From: Balanoglossus misakiensis
Taxonomy: Eukaryota > Animalia > Hemichordata
Direction: 5' to 3'
NCBI GenBank assembly: GCA_040954595.2
Contig: JBECUI020000028.1
Coordinates: forward strand, 62,001 to 126,000
DNA length: 64,000 bases
Shown here: in pieces, positions 40,537 through 51,441 of the stretch
How the letters are laid out: each line of letters starts with the position of its first letter
Position numbering within the stretch: position 1 is the stretch's first letter
Translations under genes and position numbers: made by a program
The notes under the pieces: generated by a model
What the model saw: the letters and a program-made list of their open reading frames with translations, nothing else
Told to the model about the DNA's origin: nothing
Database searches by the model: none

Positions 40537-40754
40537 TACTGTAAAACAGGTTCTTTTCGCGACAGGAAATTTTCGCGATATCAAAAGAAGCAACTGTTAT
40601 GCATGGATTAATTTTGGCTTTCTCGTATTTCACTAACTGCATTGTTATCTAAGAAAAAAAAACATTTTATGCGACTTTTGTATTTTCACATTTTTGGGGG
40701 CTCTCGCATATTTCATGAAAATTTATTGCTCGCGAAATAACCTGTTTTACAGTA
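40537..40754. mobile_element. MITE with 14-bp perfect TIR and TA target duplication
   Basis: TA-CTGTAAAACAGGTT ... AACCTGTTTTACAG-TA. Confidence 0.8.
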
Positions 40755-40827
40755 TCCTCCATGGATTTCTTAACCTACTGATCAAGTGGGGTAATGTCTT
40801 CAGCAACGATTTCTGTAATAAACTTAC

Positions 40828-41007
40828 CTCCCCAAGGTAGTGAAGGTATCTCGTAGCTTTCTTTAGAAACTCTTCATCAATGAAACGATCCAACTCTTTC
40901 ACTCTTTCTATATATGTTTTCCATTTGATGACCGGGAAACTGCTCACAATCCATTTGCTTCTTCCATCAAGTATCTTAGCACACAACTTTGGTATGTATT
41001 CTTCTCT
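40828..41007 (-). CDS. COR N-terminal exon (REEYIPKLC...YLHYLGE)
   Basis: 180 bp, phase 0/0, cag acceptor and gtaagt donor. The YLHxLGE motif is typical of COR. Confidence 0.85.
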
Positions 41008-42768
41008 CTGTAACATTAACACAGCGACATATACCAGGTTCATGTCCAGACAGGGTAAAATTCAAAACATTTCATAGACACTATTTGCCAATAGTAAACA
41101 CAGAGCATTAATCCTTTAAGTCGCCTTGTGTACACACTCACAAACAATGGGTTGCGTAGAGGTGTTAATCCTTACACTGGCTCAGGTCTGACCAAAGCCG
41201 TCTCAAATCTGAGACGTTTCAGGACCACTTAAACCATTCACACATGATAATTTACGCCAGTATTTCATCTGAGATGTTTCAAAAACGTCTTAAACCCCGG
41301 TGCGGAAAGTCCTGGGGTTCGGATTAACGTGTGTTTGTATAGTTGTTTATTTGGGAGTGGTCGTCGTGCATATAATGACTGTGTAATTGCTCTCATGTAC
41401 ACAGAAAATAATTGAACACTTCACACTTCCACGCGATTGACAACTGTTTGAATGGCGTGGTTATTGTTTCCCAGGGACGCTTCTGAAAAGCACTGAAACC
41501 AGATTTCTCCCAAAATCATCGTTGTTTCATAAGCTCGTGTACTTTTTCGTCGATAACTTTATGTTGTGTGTGTTTATAAAGCCAACTACTGTCGTTGTGT
41601 GGTGTAATTCTTTATGCTTGGACCTGTTTGGGCCGATTTTCATAGAGCCAAGATCGTTGGTGTTGTCTGTTGTCAGTCAAACGGCATTAAGATTCGCCAC
41701 TGATTTGGGGGGTCTTTTATACCCCGCACCGGGGTTTAACGATGACCCCCATAATACTGTTGTTTGGTGAAATGAACATTCAGAAAAGCAACTCGAACAA
41801 TACTGGCAACAGTGATATTCACCCTTTACAGACACAGCCCATTATTTAAAGTCTTGTTCTCACTAAAAGTTTGGACACCGGTGTTATGCCAGTGTTTACT
41901 CTCTGCAAACACAGGGGATTAGCCCACAGAATCTCCTTGCGTCCACACACTAAACTTTTGGCCACTGTTTTGAAATAAACACTGTCTAAATGGCCATGTT
42001 TAGCAACACGGCAACTAACAAAATTGAGGATGTCGAGGACATTACAGCAACATGTTGCAGTTTATATACCTGCATATACGTTCTAGACGACTTTGTGACA
42101 GTTTTGATAATGTTTAGAAGTAAATGAATGTTAATCCATAAATGGAAAATGCCTCGGCTTTTTGGTGATCGAGAGAACCTTCTGAAAGTTGGTAGCAGAC
42201 TGAAGTGTTGCAGACCTGGCAAACTGCGAATGGTTTGAAAACCACTCGCATCCAGTGTGATTGACTTAACAATGGAAACTGACCAAAGACAATGGGCTAT
42301 ACCTAATAAACATACCCAAAAGTCACTGCAGGGTGGCGCTTTTGAACGGTGTTTGTTTATCTTTGCGTTCTCACTGATTATTTGCGTCGGAGCGCTGGCC
42401 CAGCACTGGCCCTGACCCACCACCCATCGCTGTCGCAAATTAACACCGGCCCAACACCGGTGTAAAGCGTTCTCACTTGTTTTTTTCCGTCGGTGTCAAA
42501 TCTACACCGATGTAGCACCAGTGTAAACGTGCCAGTGAGAACGCCCTTTTAGACAGTTCTGATACCCGGTAAGTCAAAAGTATACAACCTTGACTTATTT
42601 CCCACTGATAAGAGTTCTGTTATTACTATCTGATAGTTGGCTTTCTTGGACTCTATGCATTACATGAGAGTATTAAGGTGATGTAAAGCATGCCTTTGTC
42701 AAATATGGCCCTAATGAATTAACATGTTCAATCCAGTCACACATTGCAGAATATCTATAAAACCATAC

Positions 42769-42917
42769 CTTTGCACTTCGTAGACATTCACGCAATCTGT
42801 GCATATCATTATGCTGCGAGTTGTGACAATTCAGTATGAATGTCTCATCAAGAATATTCAGGTATTTGCCAAAGGTCTTCTGAGCTGTCTGGAGTATTTC
42901 CCTCATCACCAATTCAG
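42769..42917 (-). CDS. ROC C-terminal exon (ELVMREIL...CLRSAK)
   Basis: 149 bp, phase 1 to 0, matching the upstream exon; tag acceptor, gtatgg donor. Confidence 0.8.
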
Positions 42918-43278
42918 CTATCAAGAAAAAAGTAATGATCTCTTGATAGATTTTTATTTACAAAGTATGGACATATACACAGAAGAGGCCACTTTGGTGC
43001 TGTTTTGTATTTTTTGAAAGCATCCGGTGAAATTCTACATCAATCACACTATCTGAATAGGTAAAATGTTGAATAGTAATGAGATCTCCTTTTGCATAGG
43101 TTCAGATGTAGTATGGGTGTCCCTTTCGAACAGAACAGCCAAGAATCAGCAAAGGTAAAGACAGCGCCCAACACTACATCTGGTTTTAATCAGATTGAGT
43201 GTACTCCTACACCAGGCTCCCAATTGTGTGAATACCCTCGCTCTTGTCACCTTTTATCTAAACATGTACTGAACATAC

Positions 43279-43405
43279 CTTCTTTCTTGTGTTCAGCTTT
43301 CAACAAATCAGCCTTGCTTCCAATCAATATCACTTTTGGTTTACTCCCACCCTCATCCATATCTTGTGGTATGATTGCCTTAAGGAATGCAAGCCATGAT
43401 GTCAC
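43279..43405 (-). CDS. ROC exon with G4-like motif (VTSWLAFL...VILIGSKAD)
   Basis: 127 bp, phase 0 to 1; tag acceptor, gtatgt donor. Confidence 0.85.
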
Positions 43406-43710
43406 CTATTAAAGAAAGACATGAAGAAGAATATAAAGTCATCAATCATATTATATTCAATCAGTCCCTAAATCTGGATAAAAACAAAAAGAGATAAATG
43501 TTTCACAAATATATATACTGTGCCATTCATCTTTACTTTAATTTCATTCACAATATTGCACCACCTAATTCACTGATGCACTGCTTAGTAATAAAAAAAA
43601 TATTGTAATATATGCACTGTGCCCTTTCTGAGTTTCATCTTTACCTTTATTCCATAATTGCCCAAAATATTAATATCACTTATCATCAGTAACAAAAAAC
43701 AACGACCCAC

Positions 43711-43995
43711 CTCTTGTCTCTGCTGTTGCATAAGTTTTCTTGGTGTCCAAACTACATCCTGCTTGTCCTCAGCCATTTTGAAGACCAATAAAACCACTGC
43801 ATTCTCGACTCTTAGGAATATATTATGTGTGACATAGTATTCTGTTTGTCCTGCAAAGTCCCACACACTGAACTTGCCAATCTTGGGTATGGATAATGTG
43901 GCTACATCTATGGCGGGTGTTGGTGTGTACTGCATGTTCCCTGGTAAAGGTGCTTTCTCTTCTGACCGTCGAGTCAATTTTGCTTGCACAAAGTT
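43711..43995 (-). CDS. ROC exon with G2/G3 motifs (TPAID...WDFAGQTEYYVTH)
   Basis: 285 bp, phase 0/0; ROC signature WDFAGQxxYY. Confidence 0.9.
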
Positions 43996-44437
43996 CTGCA
44001 TTGTAATATATGAACATAAGTGATGATTTTCTCACAATTTAGAGGTTGTAAACTTATAAACGGCAAGCGAGAGTATTTGATTCCGGATATAAGACCTCCC
44101 AGGTGAAACTTAGCATATTTGGTGGGAAATAATCACTGAGCGAGGCGAGGCGTTCTGTTCTATGTGTCCCATTTCGGTTATTTTTTAGTTATTCACTGTT
44201 CAGGGTTCAGGTCTTCTCGTTGAGGATATAAACCGCGACTCGGGCCAATCAGCAAGCTTGATTAATGCCAATCATATTGTAATAATATAAAATATTTGGA
44301 GAATTGGTTGGTCAACAAAATATGTACCCTGATTTCCACTGAAATGTAGTCTTCATGAAAACTTTAATATTTGCACAAATCCTTCACTCCTCAAAAACAG
44401 CAATAATTGGCATTCATAATCAAAGATTTCTACACAC

Positions 44438-44566
44438 CCGCTGCAATGATTCTTTGAGTGTAGTTTTGCCATTCCCACCGTATCCAGCTAACACAATCTT
44501 TGTAGTATTACGTTTGACACCAGGTTGTCACATGAGTGCTGTGAATTCTTTTTGGCGGGAAAACAC
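44438..44566 (-). CDS. ROC P-loop exon (VFSRQKEFTALM*QPGVKRNTTKIVLAGYGGNGKTTLKESLQR)
   Basis: 129 bp, phase 0/0; Walker A GxxxxGKT; in-frame TGA at 44528-44530. Confidence 0.85.
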
Positions 44567-45288
44567 CTGTCAGAATTTGAACAGATATGTTATGTGTTAT
44601 ATATATTGGGAATTTTTACACTCAATTTACATGCCTTTCAATTAAACACCATGTCTTCAAAGAAGTCACATGACATTTTGCTTCAGAAAAGATATTGATA
44701 AAAACGCTAGTATCAAAAAATATAATTTACATTGTTAACTACACTATTATGATGTGCTTATGATGTGGAAGCTATCATTAACACTATAGAAATAATGCAT
44801 AGTTAAAGCCTCATGAGCTGCCAAATTTAACATATTTTTTCCATAACTTCTATTTGCATAAGTTTGTCATCTCTTTGTGACGCACACCTCGATAGTTGTG
44901 TACTCTTTGTGTATATTCAACATTGTTATTTTGCAAAATTTGAATTGAAGTCCGGACTAGAATTCATGAGTCAACAATAACAATGGTTGTTACAGAGACA
45001 GGCAATATACACAAGTTGAGTACTGGGCATATTAGCATGCAGTTTGGAGAAGAACATGAAATTGCATTTTGTACACAAAAGGAAAAAAATATGGAAATAA
45101 AGCCAAAAGTTATAGGTAATGTCCCTTTAATGCCTTCCTAGCTGGCACAATAGAATAAGTATGTAGTTAAAAATTTATATGACAGTCTGGTTTTATGTTT
45201 TCCATGTTATAAATATAGAAGATAAATTCAAATACACTAGTGATATGATATGTTTTCATAGCCATTTATTATCAACATTACGACGTAC

Positions 45289-45348
45289 CTTATGATGGTT
45301 GATCAGGTCTCTTTTGTCATCTCTGTCATACACTGAGTTTATAACTGC
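45289..45348 (-). CDS. Linker exon (AVINSVYDRDDKRDLINHHK)
   Basis: 60 bp, phase 0/0; tacag acceptor, gtacgt donor, no stop. Confidence 0.6.
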
Positions 45349-45555
45349 CTGTATTTTCATTGATGAAAACAGAACATATATGATTGATTATATTATACCA
45401 GTATATTGATGGTGTAAATCACGCTATTTTATTGGTCGAGACACGACACGTGACTGTGATATATTAGCCATATACCACAGTCATATAGCATAGTCAAAGA
45501 AAATGCCTTTTTAAAATGTTTTATGCAAAGTTTCAATATACTGGCATAATATAAT

Positions 45556-45701
45556 AGCAATAAAACACCCCCAGCCATGGTATACCACTCGATTTTGACC
45601 AGTTCACGACATATACGCACTCGCTATCGCTCCTGCGTATATGTCGTGAACTGGTCAAAATCGAGTGCGTATATGTCGTGAACTGGGGGTGTTTTATTGC
45701 T
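45556..45701. repeat. Palindromic hairpin-type miniature element
   Basis: Outer IR AGCAATAAAACACCCCCAG / CTGGGGGTGTTTTATTGCT and an inner perfect stem of about 34 bp. Confidence 0.8.
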
Positions 45702-46128
45702 TAAATGAACTAGCTGTAAAGTACAGGATTATGACAATTATACCACACCATGCATATTATGGACACTATTGTTAAATAATTTTGGTAAAAAATAAATGGA
45801 TTTAAATATCCATGTGTCAGGTGTGAGTTGCCGGTAAGCTTTATAAAACTGGTCAATGAGCATCTTTTAGAACAACAGAAAGAGCCAATTGGTAAATAAC
45901 TGAAATACAGCCAAATCTCACAGTCCAAATTGGCCAGTCAGAGTGACTTTCCTAAATTGGCCTTAATAGACAGGTGGCCTGTATATACAAGTCAATAATT
46001 GCCCATGTTAACTGCACAGGGACTGTAACAAAGTGGCCACTATATAGAGGTGGTCGGTAACTGACACAATTTCACTGTTTTATCAAAAGTGAGTAACCTT
46101 GCCCTTTTAAATCTAACTCAATACTTGC

Positions 46129-46239
46129 CTGATATACTTTCTCATTGTCAAAATGATATTCCACAAAGGCTCTTGTAATATTGGTGCCTGCACCCCGCCC
46201 AGCCTTCCTTCCTGCCTCTTGACAAGGAGTCACTACGTT
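46129..46239 (-). CDS. Degenerate ankyrin/linker exon (NVVTPCQEAG...EKVYQ), probable GC donor
   Basis: 111 bp, phase 0/0 if the CAG|GCAAGT donor is used; ttttcag acceptor. Confidence 0.55.
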
Positions 46240-47298
46240 CTGAAAATGGATCACAAATTTTCATAGATGAATACATGCATCAGATGATTGAGGCACGCAC
46301 ACCTATAAGTCAAATTTTAGGTCCTCCCAAACACTGAGATAATTTGCTCTTGAGTTCATAAAAATGCAACTTTGAGCTACATATTTTACAAAATTTTCTT
46401 ATGTGGGAGGGGGACACCCCCTCGCACACCCCTCCCCCTCCATTCTTCGCCACATATCATTTATTCGCTGGTTTGTCTAGTGTACCACGGCAGACTTCTA
46501 CCCACCCTACTCCCGATGTTTACTTTGAGTGGAGTGGCAAAATTAAAATTTGTCCTGCCTAACATTGAGTTAATTTGCTTTAGAGTTCATTCTAATGCAA
46601 CTTTGAGCACCGTATTTTACAACATTTTCTTAAATTTTCTATTGTATTGACTTGTCATTTTATTTTGTTCATATATTTTTTTTTGCAACGATATACTATT
46701 ATATATACTTCAATTACTTTAAGAAATTTATAATTGAGGTGTGAGGAGCCTCATTCCCTTTATTGCATACAGTGTACATAGGATCAGCACGGCGAATGTT
46801 TTCAGCGGGGGGGGGGGGTCATCATATTTTGGGTCTGTCAAAGGGGGGGTCATCATTTTTTGGTCCAGGGTGAAGGGGGGGTCGGCCTGATTTTGAAAAT
46901 CGATGACCCAAACTTGCCCCCCCCCCCCCAGCCGTAAAAACAGTCCCTAACGTGTATTCGATGCGAGCTGGAAGTCAAATGAACGGTTACTCACGTTGGA
47001 ACACCCATTCAAAATATGCAAATTAGGAAAAGACGCATATGCATTCTTTTCATCCCCAGAGACACACGCAGGAAATCAAGCAAGTGCGGCCACTAGCTGG
47101 AAGAGCTGAATTCAATGCATTGCCTTGTGATGTTCATGATACAGGGGGGTGATGATCAATGAATAGAACAACAATTGATTGATTAACAAAGAAAGAAAGA
47201 AAGGAATGCAAATCGTTTCCACACCTGCCTGTATAACACCTGACCCGACAGAGTGAGCAGTTTTGATTCAAAGGACAATGACAAAATTATATGACATA

Positions 47299-47326
47299 TG
47301 CTGCAAAATGCAAAGGGGTCACCTTT
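47299..47326 (-). pseudogene. Truncated, frameshifted ankyrin exon remnant (..VTPLHFAA)
   Basis: Has the array acceptor context, but is 2 nt short before VTPLH and is cut off by an unrelated repeat. Confidence 0.65.
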
Positions 47327-47475
47327 CTGTAAGTCATGAAGGAAGAGCATGAGAACAATGTCACAAAAATTGAAATGAAAAGTGTTTTCTTATACAAACA
47401 AACAAACAAACAAACAAATGAATAAATATATCCGCATTGATAGAATAAACCTGCAGAAGTCAGGTTGGTATTTAC

Positions 47476-47577
47476 CTTGTTTTGTATGTTAGCATCAGCT
47501 TTGTGTTCCAATAACAATCTGACAAAGCCTTCACCATCATCCCTCCTTGCTGCATCATGCAAAGGGGTGTCTCCTGT
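47476..47577 (-). CDS. Ankyrin exon TGDTPLHDAARRDDGEGFVRLLLEHKADANIQNK
   Basis: 102 bp, phase 0/0, tag/gt. Confidence 0.8.
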
Positions 47578-47717
47578 CTATAAGTAATGAAGGAGGAGCA
47601 TGAGAATAATGTCACAAAATTGAAATGTAATGTGAAATTTCCTTAAACAAAAAAAAACAACAAAAAAACCTTTCAATACTTTCAGAATTAACCTGCAGAA
47701 GTCAGGTTGGTATTTAC

Positions 47718-47819
47718 CTTGTTTTGTATGGTCACATCAGCTTTGTGTTCCAATAACAATCTGACATGGCCTTCACCACCATCCCTCCTTGCTGCATCAT
47801 GCGAAGGAGTGTCTCCATC
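47718..47819 (-). CDS. Ankyrin exon DGDTPSHDAARRDGGEGHVRLLLEHKADVTIQNK
   Basis: 102 bp, phase 0/0, cag/gt. Confidence 0.8.
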
Positions 47820-47967
47820 CTGTAAGTAATGAAGGAGGAGCATGAGAATAATGTCACAAAAATTGAAATCTAATGTGAAATTTCCTTAAACAAACAAACA
47901 AACAAATAAATGAATAAATATATCCGCATTGATAGAATAAACCTGCTGAAGTCAGGTTGGTATTTAC

Positions 47968-48069
47968 CTTGTTTTGTATGTTAGCATCAGCTTTGTGTTC
48001 CAATAACAATCTGACAAGGCCTTCACCACCATCCCTCCTTGCTGCATCATGCGAAGGAGTGTCTCCATC
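47968..48069 (-). CDS. Ankyrin exon DGDTPSHDAARRDGGEGLVRLLLEHKADANIQNK
   Basis: 102 bp, phase 0/0. Confidence 0.8.
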
Positions 48070-48221
48070 CTGTAAGAAATGAAGGAGGAGCATGAGAATA
48101 ATGTCACAAAAATTGAAATCTAATGTGAAATTTCCTTAAACAAACAAACAAACAAACAAATAAATGAATAAATATATCCGCAGTGATAGAATAAACCTGC
48201 TGAAGTCAGGTTGGTATTTAC

Positions 48222-48323
48222 CTTGTTTTGTATGTTAGCATCAGCTTTGTGTTCCAATAACAATCTGACAAGGCATTCACCACCAACCCTCCTTGCTGCA
48301 TAATGCAAAGGAGTGTCTCCATC
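48222..48323 (-). CDS. Ankyrin exon DGDTPLHYAARRVGGECLVRLLLEHKADANIQNK
   Basis: 102 bp, phase 0/0. Confidence 0.8.
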
Positions 48324-48471
48324 CTGTAAGTAATGAAGGAGGAGCATGAGAATAATGTCACAAAAATTGAAATATTATGTGAAATTTCTATAAACAAACA
48401 AACAAACAAATAAATGAATAAATATATCCGCATTGATAGAATAAACCTGCAGAAGTCAGGTTGGTATTTAC

Positions 48472-48573
48472 CTTGTTTTGTATTGTCACATCAGCTTTGT
48501 GTTCCAATAACAATCTGACAAGGCCTTCACCACCAACCCTCCTTGCTGCATAATGCAAAGGAGTGTCTCCATC
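48472..48573 (-). CDS. Ankyrin exon DGDTPLHYAARRVGGEGLVRLLLEHKADVTIQNK
   Basis: 102 bp, phase 0/0. Confidence 0.8.
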
Positions 48574-48713
48574 CTGTAAGTAATAAACGAGGAGCATGAG
48601 AATAATGTCACAAAAATTGAAATATAATGTGAAATTTCCTTAAACAAAAAAAAAAACAAAAAAATATTTCAATACTTTCAGAATTAACCTGCAGAAGTCA
48701 GGTTGGTATTTAC

Positions 48714-48815
48714 CTTGTTTTGTATGTTAGCATCAGCTTTGTGTTCCAATAACAATCTGACAAGGCCTTCACCACCATCCCTCCTTGCTGCATCATGCGA
48801 AGGAGTGTCTCCATC
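48714..48815 (-). CDS. Ankyrin exon DGDTPSHDAARRDGGEGLVRLLLEHKADANIQNK
   Basis: 102 bp, phase 0/0, tag acceptor. Confidence 0.8.
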
Positions 48816-48963
48816 CTATAAGTAATGAAGGAGGAGCATGAGAATAATGTCACAAAAGTTGAAATCTAATGTGAAATTTCCTTAAACAAACAAACATACA
48901 AATAAATGAATAAATATATCCGCATTGATAGAATAAACCTGCTGAAGTCAGGTTGGTATTTAC

Positions 48964-49062
48964 CTTGTTTTGTATGTTAGCATCAGCTTTGTGTTCCAAT
49001 AACAATCTGACAAGGCCTTTGCCAACCCTCCTTGCTGCATAATGCAAAGGAGTGTCTCCATC
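48964..49062 (-). CDS. Ankyrin exon DGDTPLHYAARRVGKGLVRLLLEHKADANIQNK
   Basis: 99 bp, phase 0/0. Confidence 0.8.
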
Positions 49063-49209
49063 CTGTAAGTAATGAAGGAGGAGCATGAGAATAATGTCAC
49101 AAAATTGAAATATAATGTGAAATTTCCGTAAACGAACAAACAAACAAATAAATGAATAAATATATCCGCACTGATAGAATAAACCTGCAGCAGTCAGGTT
49201 GGTATTTAC

Positions 49210-49311
49210 CTTGTTTTGTATGTAAACATCAGCTTTGTGTTCCAATAACAATCTGACAAGGCCTTCACCACCATCCCTCCTTGCTGCATCATGCAAAGGA
49301 GTGTCTCCCTC
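49210..49311 (-). CDS. Ankyrin exon EGDTPLHDAARRDGGEGLVRLLLEHKADVYIQNK
   Basis: 102 bp, phase 0/0. Confidence 0.8.
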
Positions 49312-49471
49312 CTGTAAGTAATGAAGGAGGAGCATGAGAATAATGTTACAAAAATTGAAATCTAATGTGAAATTTCCTTAAACAAACAAACAAACAAACA
49401 AACAAACAAATAAATGAATAAATATATCCGCATCAATAGAATAAACCTGCAGAAGTCAGGTTGGTATTTAC

Positions 49472-49570
49472 CTTGTTTCGTATGTTAGCATCAGCTTTGT
49501 GTTCCAATAACAATCTGACACGGCCTTCATCACGAAACCTTGCTGCATAATGCAAAAGGGTGTCTCCATC
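49472..49570 (-). CDS. Ankyrin exon DGDTLLHYAARFRDEGRVRLLLEHKADANIRNK
   Basis: 99 bp, phase 0/0. Confidence 0.8.
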
Positions 49571-49714
49571 CTGTAAGTAATGAAGGAGGAGCATGAGAAT
49601 AATGTCACAAAAATAGAAATCTAATGTGAAATTTCCTTAAACAAACAAACAAATAAATGAATAAATATATCCGCATTGATAGAATTAACCTGCAGAAGTC
49701 AGGTTGGTCTTTAC

Positions 49715-49813
49715 CTTGTTTTGTATGTTAGCATCAGCTTTGTGTTCCAATAACAATCTGACAAGGCCTTTGCCAACCCTCCTTGCTGCATAATGCAAAG
49801 GGGTGTCTCCTGT
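49715..49813 (-). CDS. Ankyrin exon TGDTPLHYAARRVGKGLVRLLLEHKADANIQNK
   Basis: 99 bp, phase 0/0. Confidence 0.8.
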
Positions 49814-49980
49814 CTGTAAGTAATGAAGGAGGAGCATGAGAATAATGTCACAAAATTGAAATGTAATGTGAAATTTCCTTAACCAAACAAACAAACAAAC
49901 AAATAGACAAACACACAATAAAATGAATAAATATATCCGCATTGATAGAATTAACCTGCAGAAGTCAAGTTGGTATTTAC

Positions 49981-50082
49981 CTCGTTTTGTATGGTCACAT
50001 CAGCTTTGTGTTCCAATAACAATCTGACAAGGCCTTCACCACCATCCCTCCTTGCTGCATAATGCAAAGGGGTGTCTCCTGT
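49981..50082 (-). CDS. Ankyrin exon TGDTPLHYAARRDGGEGLVRLLLEHKADVTIQNE
   Basis: 102 bp, phase 0/0. Confidence 0.8.
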
Positions 50083-50247
50083 CTGTAAGTAATGAAGGAG
50101 GAGCATGAGAATAATGGCGCCATATTGGAGTGGACGTGTCAGCATCGTCTCCTGCCTGCTCGTATAACTTTTTCAAAATATCCCGTTAAAACTTCAAGAT
50201 TCACAGTAACTCCAAGTCTAAGCGAAGGGTAATATCAAACTACAAAG

Positions 50248-51441
50248 ATGGGTATCAGTTTGCAACTTTGGAGAGGACGCATCGGCGGGTTTTCACAACC
50301 AAATTCCTGGAAGTGTGTCGAAAGTCATAGCGGTGACGTGTCGCAACGGACAAGGTATTCACGTTGGCCACCTGTTCTTGACTATCTGTGCAGAACTACA
50401 GCAACAGTTTTCATTATTGAACTGACGTTGTTGGTTGGTTCTCTGCTATCTAAAATTGAAATGGACAACCTAGCCAGCTTTTCAACCAATGAAGATATCA
50501 ACAGTTTTATGGAATACGAACATGTCATGGTTTTTGAACAGCGTATGGTTACCAATGCCGTTGCAACAGCAGGTCTGCAAGGCAACACAGTATTCGTACC
50601 CCTTCTTTTGACTTTGAGTGGAGACATTGAATTAAACCCAGGACCTCCAAAAGCGGTTAAGCAGGTAAAATTGACAGAATGTACTGGTACTCAAAGAGAA
50701 CTCAGGTCAAATTCGACTCCAACAGTGAGCGAACCGGAGGCCCCAAAAGAAACCAGTCTAGCCGATGTCATACGCGAAATTCGAGAACTCAAAGTCGACC
50801 TGAAAACACAGATTGATACTTCGGTTCACGATGTTCATGATAGAGTTGACGAGTTGAAGGATGAAGTGAATCGTTTGCGGAGCGAACTGAGAGAAAATTA
50901 CCAGGAAACTGCTCGATTAGCGGAAGAGAACAAGTATTTAAAAGACAATATAAGCACGGTGTTAAGGGAACTCGACGATGTCAAAGGTAGGATGAAACGG
51001 GATAATCTGTTATTCCACAATATCGAACAGTCGCCTAATGAAACTTGGGACGATACCGAAAACAAAGTGAAGACATTTTTGTCGGAGAAACTAGACCTAG
51101 ATGGTAGCAGCTTTGAATTCGACGGGGTTCATCGTCTATCTAATGCGAAAGGTCATCCCCAGCCTATTGTTGCCAAATTCACACGCTTTAAACAACGGGA
51201 ACAAGTCTTACAGAAAGCACGAGGGAGTCTCAAGAACACAAACTTTCGGGTTTCCGAAGACTTTACTCCAAGGGTACGGGAGACTAGGAGGAAGCTTGGA
51301 CAGTTTCTACAGAAAGCAAGAGAAGAAGGTAAACGCGCATTTTTGAATTATGACAAGCTAAAGATCGATGGAACTCTATATATTTTCGACGATTCGCTGA
51401 ATGACATTCGCCCTTTCAACAGAAATCATCGCGATCGCTAG
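50248..51441 (+). CDS. LINE ORF1: N-terminal leader, 2A-like peptide, coiled coil, L1-type RRM/CTD
   Basis: 397 aa open frame; LLLTLSGDIELNPGP; heptad region; DNLLFHNI..HRL..PIVAKF..VSEDF motifs. Confidence 0.85.
   Translation: MGISLQLWRGRIGGFSQPNSWKCVESHSGDVSQRTRYSRWPPVLDYLCRTTATVFIIELTLLVGSLLSKIEMDNLASFSTNEDINSFMEYEHVMVFEQRMVTNAVATAGLQGNTVFVPLLLTLSGDIELNPGPPKAVKQVKLTECTGTQRELRSNSTPTVSEPEAPKETSLADVIREIRELKVDLKTQIDTSVHDVHDRVDELKDEVNRLRSELRENYQETARLAEENKYLKDNISTVLRELDDVKGRMKRDNLLFHNIEQSPNETWDDTENKVKTFLSEKLDLDGSSFEFDGVHRLSNAKGHPQPIVAKFTRFKQREQVLQKARGSLKNTNFRVSEDFTPRVRETRRKLGQFLQKAREEGKRAFLNYDKLKIDGTLYIFDDSLNDIRPFNRNHRDR

Larger units (their letters stand above)
47299..50116 (-). repeat. Tandem ~250-bp exon+intron units, each with one ankyrin exon and an (AAAC)n intronic microsatellite
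   Basis: Near-identical intron and exon sequence repeated 11 times; further copies at 55124-55430 and about 58150-58660. Confidence 0.95.

Noticed and set aside
41110-42560. Possible PIF/Harbinger-like non-autonomous element (ACACCGGTGT motifs, ..GTGAGAACGCCCT end)
   Set aside because: I could not find a matching left TIR or TSD, so it is not reported as a feature.
47287-50145. ORF-track proteins such as MLLLHYLQ..VNTNLTSAG as separate genes
   Set aside because: They are ankyrin exons read through flanking intron sequence; clear ag/gt sites bound the 99/102-bp cores.
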